Assembly (NCBI GenBank): GCA_000995065.1
Contig: LBWX01000003.1
Location: 153,284-217,283, forward strand
DNA length: 64,000 nt
Source: a candidate division CPR2 bacterium GW2011_GWC2_39_35
Lineage (GTDB): Bacteria > Patescibacteriota > CPR2
Direction of reading: 5' to 3'
Shown: piece after piece, positions 19,749-28,426 of the stretch
How positions within the stretch are numbered: the first letter of the stretch is position 1
How the letters are laid out: each line of letters starts with the position of its first letter
Made by a program: the position numbers and the translations under genes
Notes under the pieces: generated by a model
Told to the model about the DNA's origin: nothing
The model's database searches: none
Seen by the model: the letters and a program-made list of their open reading frames with translations, nothing else

Positions 19749-20714
19749 TTACTCCTTTTCTTTTTTGTTCGATTTCGGTTTTTGAATCATTCCCATAAGC
19801 CAAGCAAAACTAACCAAAATAAGACTAGGCCCTCCGGCATAAATACTATTATTAATGATGGCCTTTTTCATATTCTTGGGGTCAATCAGCTTCTTCTCTG
19901 ATGTATTTGAAGAAAGATAAACTTCCGCCGCAACACTTCTTTTATCTCCACTTACTGCATAAAGTTGATGTCTTCCCTGCTCTAAATCCACATCAGCTTC
20001 CCAAACACCATTTTCACCCGACTGTATTTCTTTTTTTACGGGACTAGAAAAAACAAGAACTTTAAGATCGGTACTTGCTTTGGCCGTGCCTCTTACTTCA
20101 ACTTTAAATTTATTATCCTCAATTTGTCCAACCTCTAGTTCATTTACCCTTAAATCCTTATCGACTTCTATTTTTTCCAATTCTTCTTTTGCACTAGTAT
20201 TCTCTTCTTTTGTTAAAGCCTTGTCCTTATCAACTTTTTTCTTAGCGGTTAAAGAGGCCGAAGATTTAAGGGTGCCGTCATTGTCCTCGCTCCTTGCTTT
20301 TTTATTTTTAACTTCAAGTTCGATGGCAGTCTTTGAAGGCGCGCCGGTTTGGTAATAAGCCGTGACATACAGATTGTAGACGCCGTCGTCGTATTCAATT
20401 GTATCCCATTCAAATTCCCCAAGTCCATTTGCTATCCGAACTTCTCCCTCAGAAATAGCATCTCCATTTTCATTTTTGCCGGATAGATACAAGGCTTTGG
20501 CTCCTGGGGCTGCAACAGTAATTTTTTTCTCTCCAAAAACTTCTTCCCCCGCCTTAGGTGAAATGATTTGAGGCAAGGGGTAAACGATAAAATTTTGGTC
20601 TTTGCTCTTGGGGTTATTAACTTGATCTTGAAATTTATTTATCCCAAAAAAAGCGCCATATGCGGCTGAAAAAGCAACAATTAAAATAGAAAGAATGATT
20701 TTGAGGACCTTCAT
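19749..20714 (-). CDS. hypothetical exported protein with N-terminal signal/TM and C-terminal membrane anchor
   Basis: 321 aa; hydrophobic N-terminus, Lys/Glu-rich coiled middle, C-terminal GGPSLILVSFAWLMGMI helix followed by basic tail. Confidence 0.5.
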   Translation of the reverse strand: MKVLKIILSILIVAFSAAYGAFFGINKFQDQVNNPKSKDQNFIVYPLPQIISPKAGEEVFGEKKITVAAPGAKALYLSGKNENGDAISEGEVRIANGLGEFEWDTIEYDDGVYNLYVTAYYQTGAPSKTAIELEVKNKKARSEDNDGTLKSSASLTAKKKVDKDKALTKEENTSAKEELEKIEVDKDLRVNELEVGQIEDNKFKVEVRGTAKASTDLKVLVFSSPVKKEIQSGENGVWEADVDLEQGRHQLYAVSGDKRSVAAEVYLSSNTSEKKLIDPKNMKKAIINNSIYAGGPSLILVSFAWLMGMIQKPKSNKKEKE

Positions 20715-20717
20715 TTT

Positions 20718-21125
20718 TTATTTCTTCTCCATCTTCGGCGCGAACAGAACATATTCCCCATTATTAGCATTTGTAACTTCTACAACATAATAAGAACTAT
20801 CGGAAGGGTCTGTCGGAAAATCTTCCGTTGGCAAATAGCTGCTTGGAAAATTTGAGCTAGAGTCTTTTCCGTAAAAAACACCTGAATTGCCCTCTGCCTG
20901 TCCTTTAGTTAAACTACGACGACCATTCACAAATTTCCCATGCCTCGACTTATAAGTTTCAATGACGTTTTTTATCTTATCCAAATCGTCACTTCTCACT
21001 TTATTACGAGTATCAACCGCCACACCATTAAGCCTTATAGCAATGAGGGCAATAAAGAAAACACCAACTACCGTAACGAGCATTATTTTTGCAATTAAAT
21101 TATCTTTAGATAACTTCTGAAACAT
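20718..21125 (-). CDS. hypothetical protein with N-terminal transmembrane helix
   Basis: 135 aa; IMLVTVVGVFFIALIAI helix near N-terminus. Confidence 0.45.
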   Translation of the reverse strand: MFQKLSKDNLIAKIMLVTVVGVFFIALIAIRLNGVAVDTRNKVRSDDLDKIKNVIETYKSRHGKFVNGRRSLTKGQAEGNSGVFYGKDSSSNFPSSYLPTEDFPTDPSDSSYYVVEVTNANNGEYVLFAPKMEKK

Positions 21126-21211
21126 TTCTTCTCCTTAATTTTGAATTCTTTTCTTATTATAGAACATAAGTAAAAAAAGTATAACCCCTCAAATAATGTG
21201 GGTAATTATTA

Positions 21212-21251
21212 AATGACGGTTTTTATACGATCGTTTAATTTTCGTCATTTA
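21212..21251. promoter_or_regulatory. conserved 40-bp palindromic motif (copy 1)
   Basis: aatgacggtttttatacgatcgtttaattttcgtcatttaa. Confidence 0.5.
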
Positions 21252-21438
21252 AGAGATCGTTTTGTTGGTTTTTGGTGATTAAATGCGGGAAAACTATAGC
21301 CTCGAAAACTCTTTACAAATTTCCATTTTTCTGTTAAATTATTAGAGTTGAAAATAGGAAATAGAAGGTAGAAAACAGGAAATAATTAAGAATCAGCCTT
21401 CTATTTATTAGTCACTATTTCCTATTTACTTGACTTAT

Positions 21439-21515
21439 GGCCCCGTCGTCTAGTGGCCTAGGATATCAGGTTTTCATCCTGAAGATCGCGGGTTCGAATC
21501 CCGCCGGGGCTGCCA
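21439..21515 (+). tRNA. tRNA-Glu (anticodon TTC)
   Basis: 77 nt including CCA; acceptor stem GGCCCCG/CGGGGCT (one G-U), anticodon stem TCAGG/CCTGA with loop TTTTCAT, T-arm GCGGGTTCGAATCCCGC. Confidence 0.85.
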
Positions 21516-21558
21516 ATAGAAAAATCAAAGATTTTTACTGATAGCTTATAGCTATTAT

Positions 21559-21590
21559 CAAAATGGCTTTTTTAAAAAGCCATTTTGATT
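21559..21590. terminator. rho-independent terminator after tRNA-Glu (caaaatggcttttttaaaaagccattttg)
   Basis: 13-bp inverted repeat with A/T tracts on both sides (bidirectional). Confidence 0.55.
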
Positions 21591-21659
21591 TTGCGGATTT
21601 AATAGTCAGAGCAAATTTTAGCTTCATTTCGAGAAGCAATCCCTCTTACTCTACTTATT

Positions 21660-22412
21660 TTAAATTTCCAACACTTTACTTATTACAGCTTCGGCAATTA
21701 ATTGGGATGGATTGATGATATCCGATTCGTTTGCTTTATCCCCAAGAAGAAGGGGAATTTCGGTACACCCCAAGATAATGCCGTCCACTCCCTCTCCGCG
21801 AAGATAATCTATTGCGTCGCAAGCAACTTTAGAAAATTCCTGGGGGTCTCCTCCCTGCTGCACCGGATAAATTCCTTCTTCATCAAGTTTGTATCCCAAC
21901 TCAACTGGTAACAAAACGGATTCGACTCCTATTTTCTTTAGGGGACCCTGGAAAAGCCCTTCCCTTAACGTGACTCCAATTGCCATTACTCCTACTCTCC
22001 TGCAATTTCTTCTTTTGGCCTCTTGGATTGCGACATCTACCAAACTAAGTAGTGGCTTTCCGGCCGCCTTCTCGATTTCCTTTGCAAAGATATGTGCGGT
22101 ATTTGATGTACAAATTAGAAAATCAGAGTTTTTACCTACAAATTTTGCAGCCTCCAAAAGAGTAGGCGAAGGTTCTAGCGCATCGGGATACGAGCCATCA
22201 GAGTTAAGAATCATTGGAGCTTTATTTACCATCCTAATATCCATCGGCGGATAACCGCGGTTACCGTATTGTGGGACAGGAAAATCTACAGAAGCCCGAA
22301 ATATTCTGTTCAATATATCAAGAGTCGCCCACTGCCCCATTCCACCAATAACCCCAACTCTTTTTAGGAAGGGAACTTCAGATTCATGATTTGCAATTAT
22401 TCTTTGTGGCAT
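21660..22412 (-). CDS. Asp/Glu racemase family protein (aspartate racemase-like)
   Basis: 250 aa; VGVIGGMG N-terminal and GCTE C-terminal motifs of PF01177-type racemases. Confidence 0.7.
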   Translation of the reverse strand: MPQRIIANHESEVPFLKRVGVIGGMGQWATLDILNRIFRASVDFPVPQYGNRGYPPMDIRMVNKAPMILNSDGSYPDALEPSPTLLEAAKFVGKNSDFLICTSNTAHIFAKEIEKAAGKPLLSLVDVAIQEAKRRNCRRVGVMAIGVTLREGLFQGPLKKIGVESVLLPVELGYKLDEEGIYPVQQGGDPQEFSKVACDAIDYLRGEGVDGIILGCTEIPLLLGDKANESDIINPSQLIAEAVISKVLEI

Positions 22413-22413
22413 A

Positions 22414-23094
22414 TTAATTATTCTCCTCCCACTTTATAAGCCGGCCGTCTTCTATGTAGGCGATTCGGTTAGCAATAGATTTTATGCGGTCGTCATGACT
22501 TACGACAATAATACTTTTGCCATGATCCAAGGCAACAGAACTTAATAAGTCCATAACCTCCCTACCCGTCTTTTTATCCAAATTGGCTGTCGGTTCATCG
22601 GCTAAGATTACCGTGGGGTCGTTCATCAAGGCTCTGGCAATTGCTATTCTTTGTCTCTCTCCGCCTGATAAATCATTAATATCGGCGTTAAGTCTCTTTT
22701 CTAGACCTAATGCAATAAGTAGTTCCGTCGCTTTTTTCTTTTTGTCCCTCACTCCAAATCCGGCTATCATCACGTTTTCTACGGCTGATAAATTAGAAAG
22801 CAAATTAAAAGATTGGAAAATAAAACCGATGTTTTTTCTTCTAAACTTAGTTAGATATTTAGGACTTATCTTTTGCATCTCTTTACCCAGAAACAATAAA
22901 TTACCGGACGATGGCGTTAAAAGCCCGCCAAGCATGGTAAGAAAAGTGGTTTTACCGCTTCCGGATGGTCCCATTATCATAAGCAGCTCCCCTTCTTTAA
23001 GGGAAAAATCGATGCCCTGAACTGCCCGCACTTCGATTGGCTTGCCGGCGTCAAATACTTTGGTCAAATTTTTGGTTTCTATAATTGTTTTCAT
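22414..23094 (-). CDS. ABC transporter ATP-binding protein (FtsE/LolD/MacB-type)
   Basis: 226 aa; Walker A GPSGSGKT, signature LSGGERQR, Walker B ILADEPT. Confidence 0.85.
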   Translation of the reverse strand: MKTIIETKNLTKVFDAGKPIEVRAVQGIDFSLKEGELLMIMGPSGSGKTTFLTMLGGLLTPSSGNLLFLGKEMQKISPKYLTKFRRKNIGFIFQSFNLLSNLSAVENVMIAGFGVRDKKKKATELLIALGLEKRLNADINDLSGGERQRIAIARALMNDPTVILADEPTANLDKKTGREVMDLLSSVALDHGKSIIVVSHDDRIKSIANRIAYIEDGRLIKWEENN

Positions 23095-23122
23095 TTTTTA
23101 TCTTTTATAAGTTCTATATGTT

Positions 23123-23176
23123 GTTTTAGTTCTCGACTTCGTTTTAGTTCTCGACTTCGTTTTAGTTCTCGACTTC
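23123..23176. repeat. tandem repeat: 3 perfect copies of 18-bp unit gttttagttctcgacttc, followed by a degenerate fourth copy gtttcacttcgctcgaac
   Basis: read directly in the 152-bp spacer between ABC permease and ATPase genes. Confidence 0.8.
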
Positions 23177-23246
23177 GTTTCACTTCGCTCGAACAGTATT
23201 TCCTATCGACCCATTGACCCATTAACCGATTCGCCAATTTGCCTAT

Positions 23247-24356
23247 CTATGCCCTAAAAACCTCCGCCGGATCAATCGACATAAGCCTCTTAAGCGGAAT
23301 TAAAGAAGAAATAGCCGCCATTACCAATGTAGCGATACATACAAAAATAAAATTAGCCGTCGGTACCTCGTAAATAAAATCCGGGACTTTGCTTTGAACC
23401 ACATCAATAATTAAGGGCATCAGCAAAATTCCGATGACAAGCCCTACGATTCCGGCGATAACAGCTTGCATTACTGCCACCAAAAAAAGTTGCTTGTTTG
23501 TATAGCCTATCGCCTTTAAAACCCCGTACTCCTTTGACCTTTCCAAAACTCCGGTAAAAATAGTGATGCCGATTACCGCAAGCCCGATAGAAAAAGCAAT
23601 AACCATCAGAACCCCCAGAATCGGCAAAAAGGCATTTTTTACGATTCCGGCATTAGTGTCCATGAGTCTTTGCTTAGTTATAACTTCGATATTGGGAATC
23701 TTGCCAAGCGACACCTCGGCTTTCCCAATGTCCTTAGCCGAAACGACAAAAAAATTAACATGAGTTTTGGCATCCGCAATCTTTATAACCTCTTCCATTT
23801 GAGCGTAGCCATAAGTAAAACCAAGGAAGTTTCCGCCGGTACTAATTCCAACAATCTTGTAGTTAGCATCTTTAATAATCAAGCTGTCACCGACTTTAAG
23901 CTTGTTTTTGCCGACAAAAGATTTATCAACAATAATCTCGCCTTTTTGTGGCTTACCCTTACCATCAATCACCTCAAAAGGTCTTATAACCCCCTCTTTA
24001 TCCATACCGATTAGAGCCAGGAAATTATCCTTCCCGTTTACATCGAGGCTTACCTGATGCACCAAGAAAGGCGTCACCCGGCTTACCCCTTCCGAGTTTT
24101 TAATTTGAGTCTCAAGGCTTTTGGGAATAACCGAAATTCCGCGGCTTAGATCGATATTTCCTTTGGTACCGATCCAATAATCGGATTCGATAACCTTCAA
24201 AAATTTTGTCATCTCGGCCCGCCAGCCCTCGTAAAGTCCCATTAGAATAAAAACCAAAATCACCGAAAGAGTCACTCCGCCGATGGTTATCAGAAACCTA
24301 GTTTTTTCTTTAAATAAATTGCGCCTGGCGATTAAAACAATGCTCATTCTAAACAA
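23247..24356 (-). CDS. ABC transporter permease, FtsX/MacB-like (4 TM with large extracytoplasmic loop)
   Basis: 369 aa; N-terminal TM, ~200-aa loop, three C-terminal TMs typical of FtsX-like permeases. Confidence 0.8.
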   Translation of the reverse strand: MFRMSIVLIARRNLFKEKTRFLITIGGVTLSVILVFILMGLYEGWRAEMTKFLKVIESDYWIGTKGNIDLSRGISVIPKSLETQIKNSEGVSRVTPFLVHQVSLDVNGKDNFLALIGMDKEGVIRPFEVIDGKGKPQKGEIIVDKSFVGKNKLKVGDSLIIKDANYKIVGISTGGNFLGFTYGYAQMEEVIKIADAKTHVNFFVVSAKDIGKAEVSLGKIPNIEVITKQRLMDTNAGIVKNAFLPILGVLMVIAFSIGLAVIGITIFTGVLERSKEYGVLKAIGYTNKQLFLVAVMQAVIAGIVGLVIGILLMPLIIDVVQSKVPDFIYEVPTANFIFVCIATLVMAAISSLIPLKRLMSIDPAEVFRA

Positions 24357-24404
24357 AGTATAGATTTAAAATATAATGCTGTAAACAACTAAGAAAGCAG
24401 CCAT

Positions 24405-25058
24405 TTGCGCCTTATCCGCATTATGCTAAAATTATTAAAGTTAAACAGAGAAAATATGGCCGAATCAGAATTAATCCAAAAAATCGAAAAAGAAGTTTTT
24501 GAAATTGCCAACAAAAATGGTTGGGAATGGTTTTACAAGGTTCATATGAAACCGATGGTAAAAAGCGCTAACGAATTATTAAAGCTTTATCCGGAAGCCA
24601 ATAAAGAAATCGTAATTATTGCCGCCTGGCTTCATGACACTGCCAAAATTTACGCAAAAGATATTATCGAATTTGAAGAGATTCACAAAACCCATCATCT
24701 TGAAAGCGCAGAAGTCGCGAAAGATTTGTTATTAAAACACAAGGAACTTACAGACGAAAAAATTGAAGAAATATTAAGCTGCATTATAAGACATCGAAAC
24801 TCGAAAGATTATCCGGCTAAGACTTTAGAAGAAAAGATTGTCACCGTGGCCGATACCTTATCTCACTTTAGAGGCGCGATTTATCTTATTCATTTTAAAT
24901 TCTTTCCGGAACATAGCTTAGAACAGATGGCTCACGAAGCTTTAGCAAAATTAGACAGAGATTGGCGTGACCTTAAGCTCTTACCAGAAGCGCCAAAACT
25001 GGCCGAAACCGAATATCAAGTTCTAAAAAAGATGCTAGAGAGCTACCTCGAAGATTAA
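24405..25058 (+). CDS. HD-domain phosphohydrolase
   Basis: 217 aa; AAWLHDTAK HD motif. Confidence 0.7.
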   Translation: MRLIRIMLKLLKLNRENMAESELIQKIEKEVFEIANKNGWEWFYKVHMKPMVKSANELLKLYPEANKEIVIIAAWLHDTAKIYAKDIIEFEEIHKTHHLESAEVAKDLLLKHKELTDEKIEEILSCIIRHRNSKDYPAKTLEEKIVTVADTLSHFRGAIYLIHFKFFPEHSLEQMAHEALAKLDRDWRDLKLLPEAPKLAETEYQVLKKMLESYLED

Positions 25059-25070
25059 CTCTCACAAAGT

Positions 25071-26195
25071 CTAGTGATAAATCCTTTGATTGTTAATGCC
25101 CAGGTTAGTTAAGACTTCATAACTAATTGTGTTTCTAGTTTTTGCAATATCGTTGGCACTGATAGAGATTTTCCCTTCGGTACCCAAAATTGTAACTTCA
25201 TCGCCTGTATTTATATTAACGCCATCCGTTATATCCACCATCATAATATTCATGCAAACATTTCCCACCACCGGGAATTTTTGGCTATTTATGATCACTT
25301 CGCCCTTATTTGACAAGAAACGGCTCACGCCATCTGAATATCCGATTGGTAAAATAGCAATCTTACTATTCCTTTTGGTTGTAAATGTCCCGCTATAGCC
25401 AATAGGCGTGTTTTTAGAAATATCTCTTATTTGGATAATTCTGGTCTTAAAAGATAAGGCTGGCTTAAGATCCACTTTGCTTTTATCAACATTGTCCGGA
25501 CAAATCCCATAAAGCATGATTCCGGGGCGAACCATATTAAAATGAGATTGGGGTAGGGAAATAGTAGCGGCACTGTTGGCCATATGGCAATACTTTAGAG
25601 AAATGGCATTTCTTTCTAACTCTACTATAACATTATTAAACTTTTGAATCTGATTCTTGGTAAACGCCTTATCCGAATCGGCGCTATCTGCCTGCGGACA
25701 ATGACTATAAATCCCCTCGATTTCGATGGCCTTTAAACTGTTTAGTTCTTTTGCAAAATCCAAAACTTTATCAATCGGCAACCCATACCAACTCATACCC
25801 GTATCCACTGCCAAATGGACTTTAGATTTCTTTTTTTGTTTTTCGGCTTCGTTGCCAAGGACTTTCGCAAAGTTTTTGCTATAAAGAGACAATGACAAAT
25901 CATACAAAATAGCTTGATCTATTCTATCCGAAGGCGTGTCATAAAGAACCAAAATAAGCCCTTTTATCCCTTCATTTCTAAGCCTAATGCCTTCTTCAAC
26001 CGTCGCTACCCCAAAAGCATCAATTCCTTCATTCTTACAAGCCTTGGCAACTTCAATAAGTCCATGACCATAGGCTTCGGCCTTAATAATGGGCATCACC
26101 TTAACACTCTTGTCGACCAAATTCACAATCTGTTTGATGTTGTGCTGGATAGCTCCCAAGTCAATTTCTACCCAACAATTATTTAATTTAACCAT
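25071..26195 (-). CDS. alr: alanine racemase
   Basis: 374 aa; PIIKAEAYGHG PLP-lysine motif. Confidence 0.85.
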   Translation of the reverse strand: MVKLNNCWVEIDLGAIQHNIKQIVNLVDKSVKVMPIIKAEAYGHGLIEVAKACKNEGIDAFGVATVEEGIRLRNEGIKGLILVLYDTPSDRIDQAILYDLSLSLYSKNFAKVLGNEAEKQKKKSKVHLAVDTGMSWYGLPIDKVLDFAKELNSLKAIEIEGIYSHCPQADSADSDKAFTKNQIQKFNNVIVELERNAISLKYCHMANSAATISLPQSHFNMVRPGIMLYGICPDNVDKSKVDLKPALSFKTRIIQIRDISKNTPIGYSGTFTTKRNSKIAILPIGYSDGVSRFLSNKGEVIINSQKFPVVGNVCMNIMMVDITDGVNINTGDEVTILGTEGKISISANDIAKTRNTISYEVLTNLGINNQRIYH

Positions 26196-26257
26196 GAAAG
26201 TATTTTACAACAAAAAAATCATACATAACACTTTAATACGGCCAGCGAGCAAAAGAC

Positions 26258-26815
26258 CTACTTATATTCTCTTTTCGGAAAAAAGCGGACGGTTTCTTTG
26301 GCCTCCCGGCTTTCTATTATCTCCGCATATTTGTAGGGAGCAGGAATGTTAAAAAGGGTTAAATCTGCCTTTAATACAGGGTTATACACAATAAGCGTGC
26401 CATAGTTAAATATCCTTCCCCAGAGGTTTTGACTAACCTTGACCGTTTCGATTCTCTCGGTAGAAAAAGCGGTTTCAACAATCCTTATAATTCCGTTTTC
26501 TTCGATTATCTCGTAGGGCATAATAATATACTCTAAGTTCGCCCACCATAAGACAATATAGGAGACAAAAAAAATGTTTATTATCTGAACAGTAAGCCCT
26601 CCTGCAATAAGGAGGATTTGCGGCGAAACAAATTGACTGACTTCGGATAAATAGGCATTAATAAGAAGAATAACTGCCATCGATACCAAACTAAGGACCA
26701 ATTCCAACATCAGTAAATTAAAGATAAGAATTACGATACTTTGCCTTAAGTTGTAGCTATAACTGCAAACAGGCGCATTAGTTTGGTTTTTGGGCTTTTG
26801 GCCAGTGGCTTTCAT
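26258..26815 (-). CDS. hypothetical membrane protein with bacterial PH-like (DUF304-type) C-terminal domain
   Basis: 185 aa; two N-terminal TM helices then soluble beta-rich domain. Confidence 0.45.
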   Translation of the reverse strand: MKATGQKPKNQTNAPVCSYSYNLRQSIVILIFNLLMLELVLSLVSMAVILLINAYLSEVSQFVSPQILLIAGGLTVQIINIFFVSYIVLWWANLEYIIMPYEIIEENGIIRIVETAFSTERIETVKVSQNLWGRIFNYGTLIVYNPVLKADLTLFNIPAPYKYAEIIESREAKETVRFFPKREYK

Positions 26816-26871
26816 GGCCTAACTATAGCAAAAATCCGGATAAAATAAAGATTTTCTGTTAACATTACTTT

Positions 26872-27369
26872 TCACTTTACCCCTTCGATTTTAAGCAACA
26901 TTTCTTTCCACCTCGTTTTTCCGCTCCAGCCGCCTAAGCTACCATCGCTTTTTAATACCCGATGACAAGGAATAACAACCGGAATGCGGTTTTTGGCCAT
27001 AGCGTTCCCCACAGCCCTAGCGCCATTTGGCTTGCCGCACATTATTGCTAGTTCTCTATAAGAAACCGTTATTCCGGCAGGAACTTTTCTTAAATTTTGG
27101 TAAATTTGTTTCTCTAGATCGGTGGCCCAATCCAAATCAATTTTGATGTCTAAAAAATCTGCTTTCTGTCCTTTAAAATAATTGGATAATTTATTGCAGA
27201 GCTCATTTCCAACATCTTTACTAAACGTAACCTCGCCAAATCTTTCATAAATCTGTGCCTCTAAATAACTTCTATTTTTCTCGGGAAATAAAAGACCAAC
27301 GAGCTTTTGATCTCGAAATAAAACCGCCCCGCCACCCCATTTTGTTTTATAAATGTTATAAACTGTCAC
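26872..27369 (-). CDS. ogt: methylated-DNA-protein-cysteine methyltransferase
   Basis: 165 aa; IPCHRV active-site motif. Confidence 0.85.
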   Translation of the reverse strand: MTVYNIYKTKWGGGAVLFRDQKLVGLLFPEKNRSYLEAQIYERFGEVTFSKDVGNELCNKLSNYFKGQKADFLDIKIDLDWATDLEKQIYQNLRKVPAGITVSYRELAIMCGKPNGARAVGNAMAKNRIPVVIPCHRVLKSDGSLGGWSGKTRWKEMLLKIEGVK

Positions 27370-27598
27370 TCTCAGAGATTAACATAATCTTGGCTTTTAC
27401 CAAAAAGATAACTCCAGGTAGAGTTCTTCAAACATATCCTTTTAAATCCGCCAAAAGTGTTTACCTAAGACAGTTTGAAACCAACATTCTACCTAAATAC
27501 CGCTTATGTCCTTTACAGCCAAGCGTTGAGGTGGTAAAATATTGTCCAAGTCTAGCACCTTTCACAAAATATTTCTCAAGCACACGATCGGAGGTAGT

Positions 27599-28132
27599 AT
27601 GTCGTCTCAAAAAGTTATTGGTATCATCGGATTCAATCCAACAGACAAGAAGATCGAAGAGAAGATCGCAACACAGGCCAGAAAAGCAAGTAGAGAACTC
27701 GGCCTATCCAGGAGCTTTAAAGCGATAATTGCACCAACAACTTCAGCTGAACAAATAGCCGAAGCTGTGCATGCAAGCGAAATCAGCTATGCCGATTACC
27801 TTGGCATCCCGCGTAAAATCAGCAAGATGGCTAAAGGGTTGCTCCAGAACGCTGGAAGAGTAAGCGACACAATGCTTGTGAGGGATATCATTAATCACCC
27901 GCACTTCGACGAACTTGCAATACTAGGGCATAACCTGCAAACTGCAATTAGCCTGCACGACAACAAGGATACCTTGTTTGTCGCTCCCAATATCAACGCC
28001 CTGATTGCAAGCATACTTGGACAGAATAATGGCGTGTTACATATGGCACACCGGCTCGTGCCCAAACCAGGCAGAATCACTGTCTTTAGAGCTACTGCTA
28101 ACGGACTATTGACGCCTATCAGCCTTGCATAG
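27599..28132 (+). CDS. hypothetical protein, compositionally atypical (GC ~47% vs ~37% flanks)
   Basis: 177 aa from ATG at 27599 preceded by GGAGG (ORF track gives 27542); no family recognised by eye. Confidence 0.5.
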   Translation: MSSQKVIGIIGFNPTDKKIEEKIATQARKASRELGLSRSFKAIIAPTTSAEQIAEAVHASEISYADYLGIPRKISKMAKGLLQNAGRVSDTMLVRDIINHPHFDELAILGHNLQTAISLHDNKDTLFVAPNINALIASILGQNNGVLHMAHRLVPKPGRITVFRATANGLLTPISLA

Positions 28133-28191
28133 TCAACTCTCTGTCTGATGTTCTTTGGTGCTTAGACTAGCAACATAATGTTTACCCCGCT

Positions 28192-28253
28192 GGGCAATGT
28201 GTTCCTTAAATACAAATCAACACGTATTTGTATACATTAAGGAACACACTGCC
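28192..28253. repeat. long imperfect palindrome / hairpin (26-bp stem, 3-nt bulge, 7-nt loop)
   Basis: gggcaatgtgttccttaaatacaaat ..caacacg.. atttgtatacattaaggaacacactgccc. Confidence 0.65.
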
Positions 28254-28275
28254 CGGCACCTAATCTTTAAGCAAC

Positions 28276-28297
28276 GCAAGAATTTCTTGCTTTTTTT
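28276..28297 (+). terminator. rho-independent terminator (gcaaga-att-tcttgc + T7)
   Basis: short GC-containing stem followed by ttttttt at 28291-28297. Confidence 0.5.
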
Positions 28298-28426
28298 ATT
28301 TACGGAGGACACTTAATGCCTTTAAGGGTCGCACCCTAAGAAGGGAACGACCCATTATGAACCCGGTCATAAACTTTTGAATTTTGACCTGTAATTTTGA
28401 CTTTCGATTTTTGAACTTTGAATTAT

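Noticed and set aside
21352-21600. Possible integrated element at tRNA-Glu
   Set aside because: tRNA genes are common integration sites and there are inverted repeats upstream, but no integrase, excisionase or tRNA 3'-end direct repeat is present nearby; downstream is an ordinary racemase gene.
27255-27728. 157-aa ORF overlapping ogt start and the islet ORF
   Set aside because: Overlaps the ogt 5' end on the opposite strand and the better-supported 27599 start in another frame; no independent support.
28192-28253. Integron attC site interpretation of the long hairpin
   Set aside because: Imperfect palindrome with a bulge resembles attC architecture, but the canonical R'' (RYYYAAC) / R' (GTTRRRY) cores and an intI gene are not evident; kept only as a generic hairpin.
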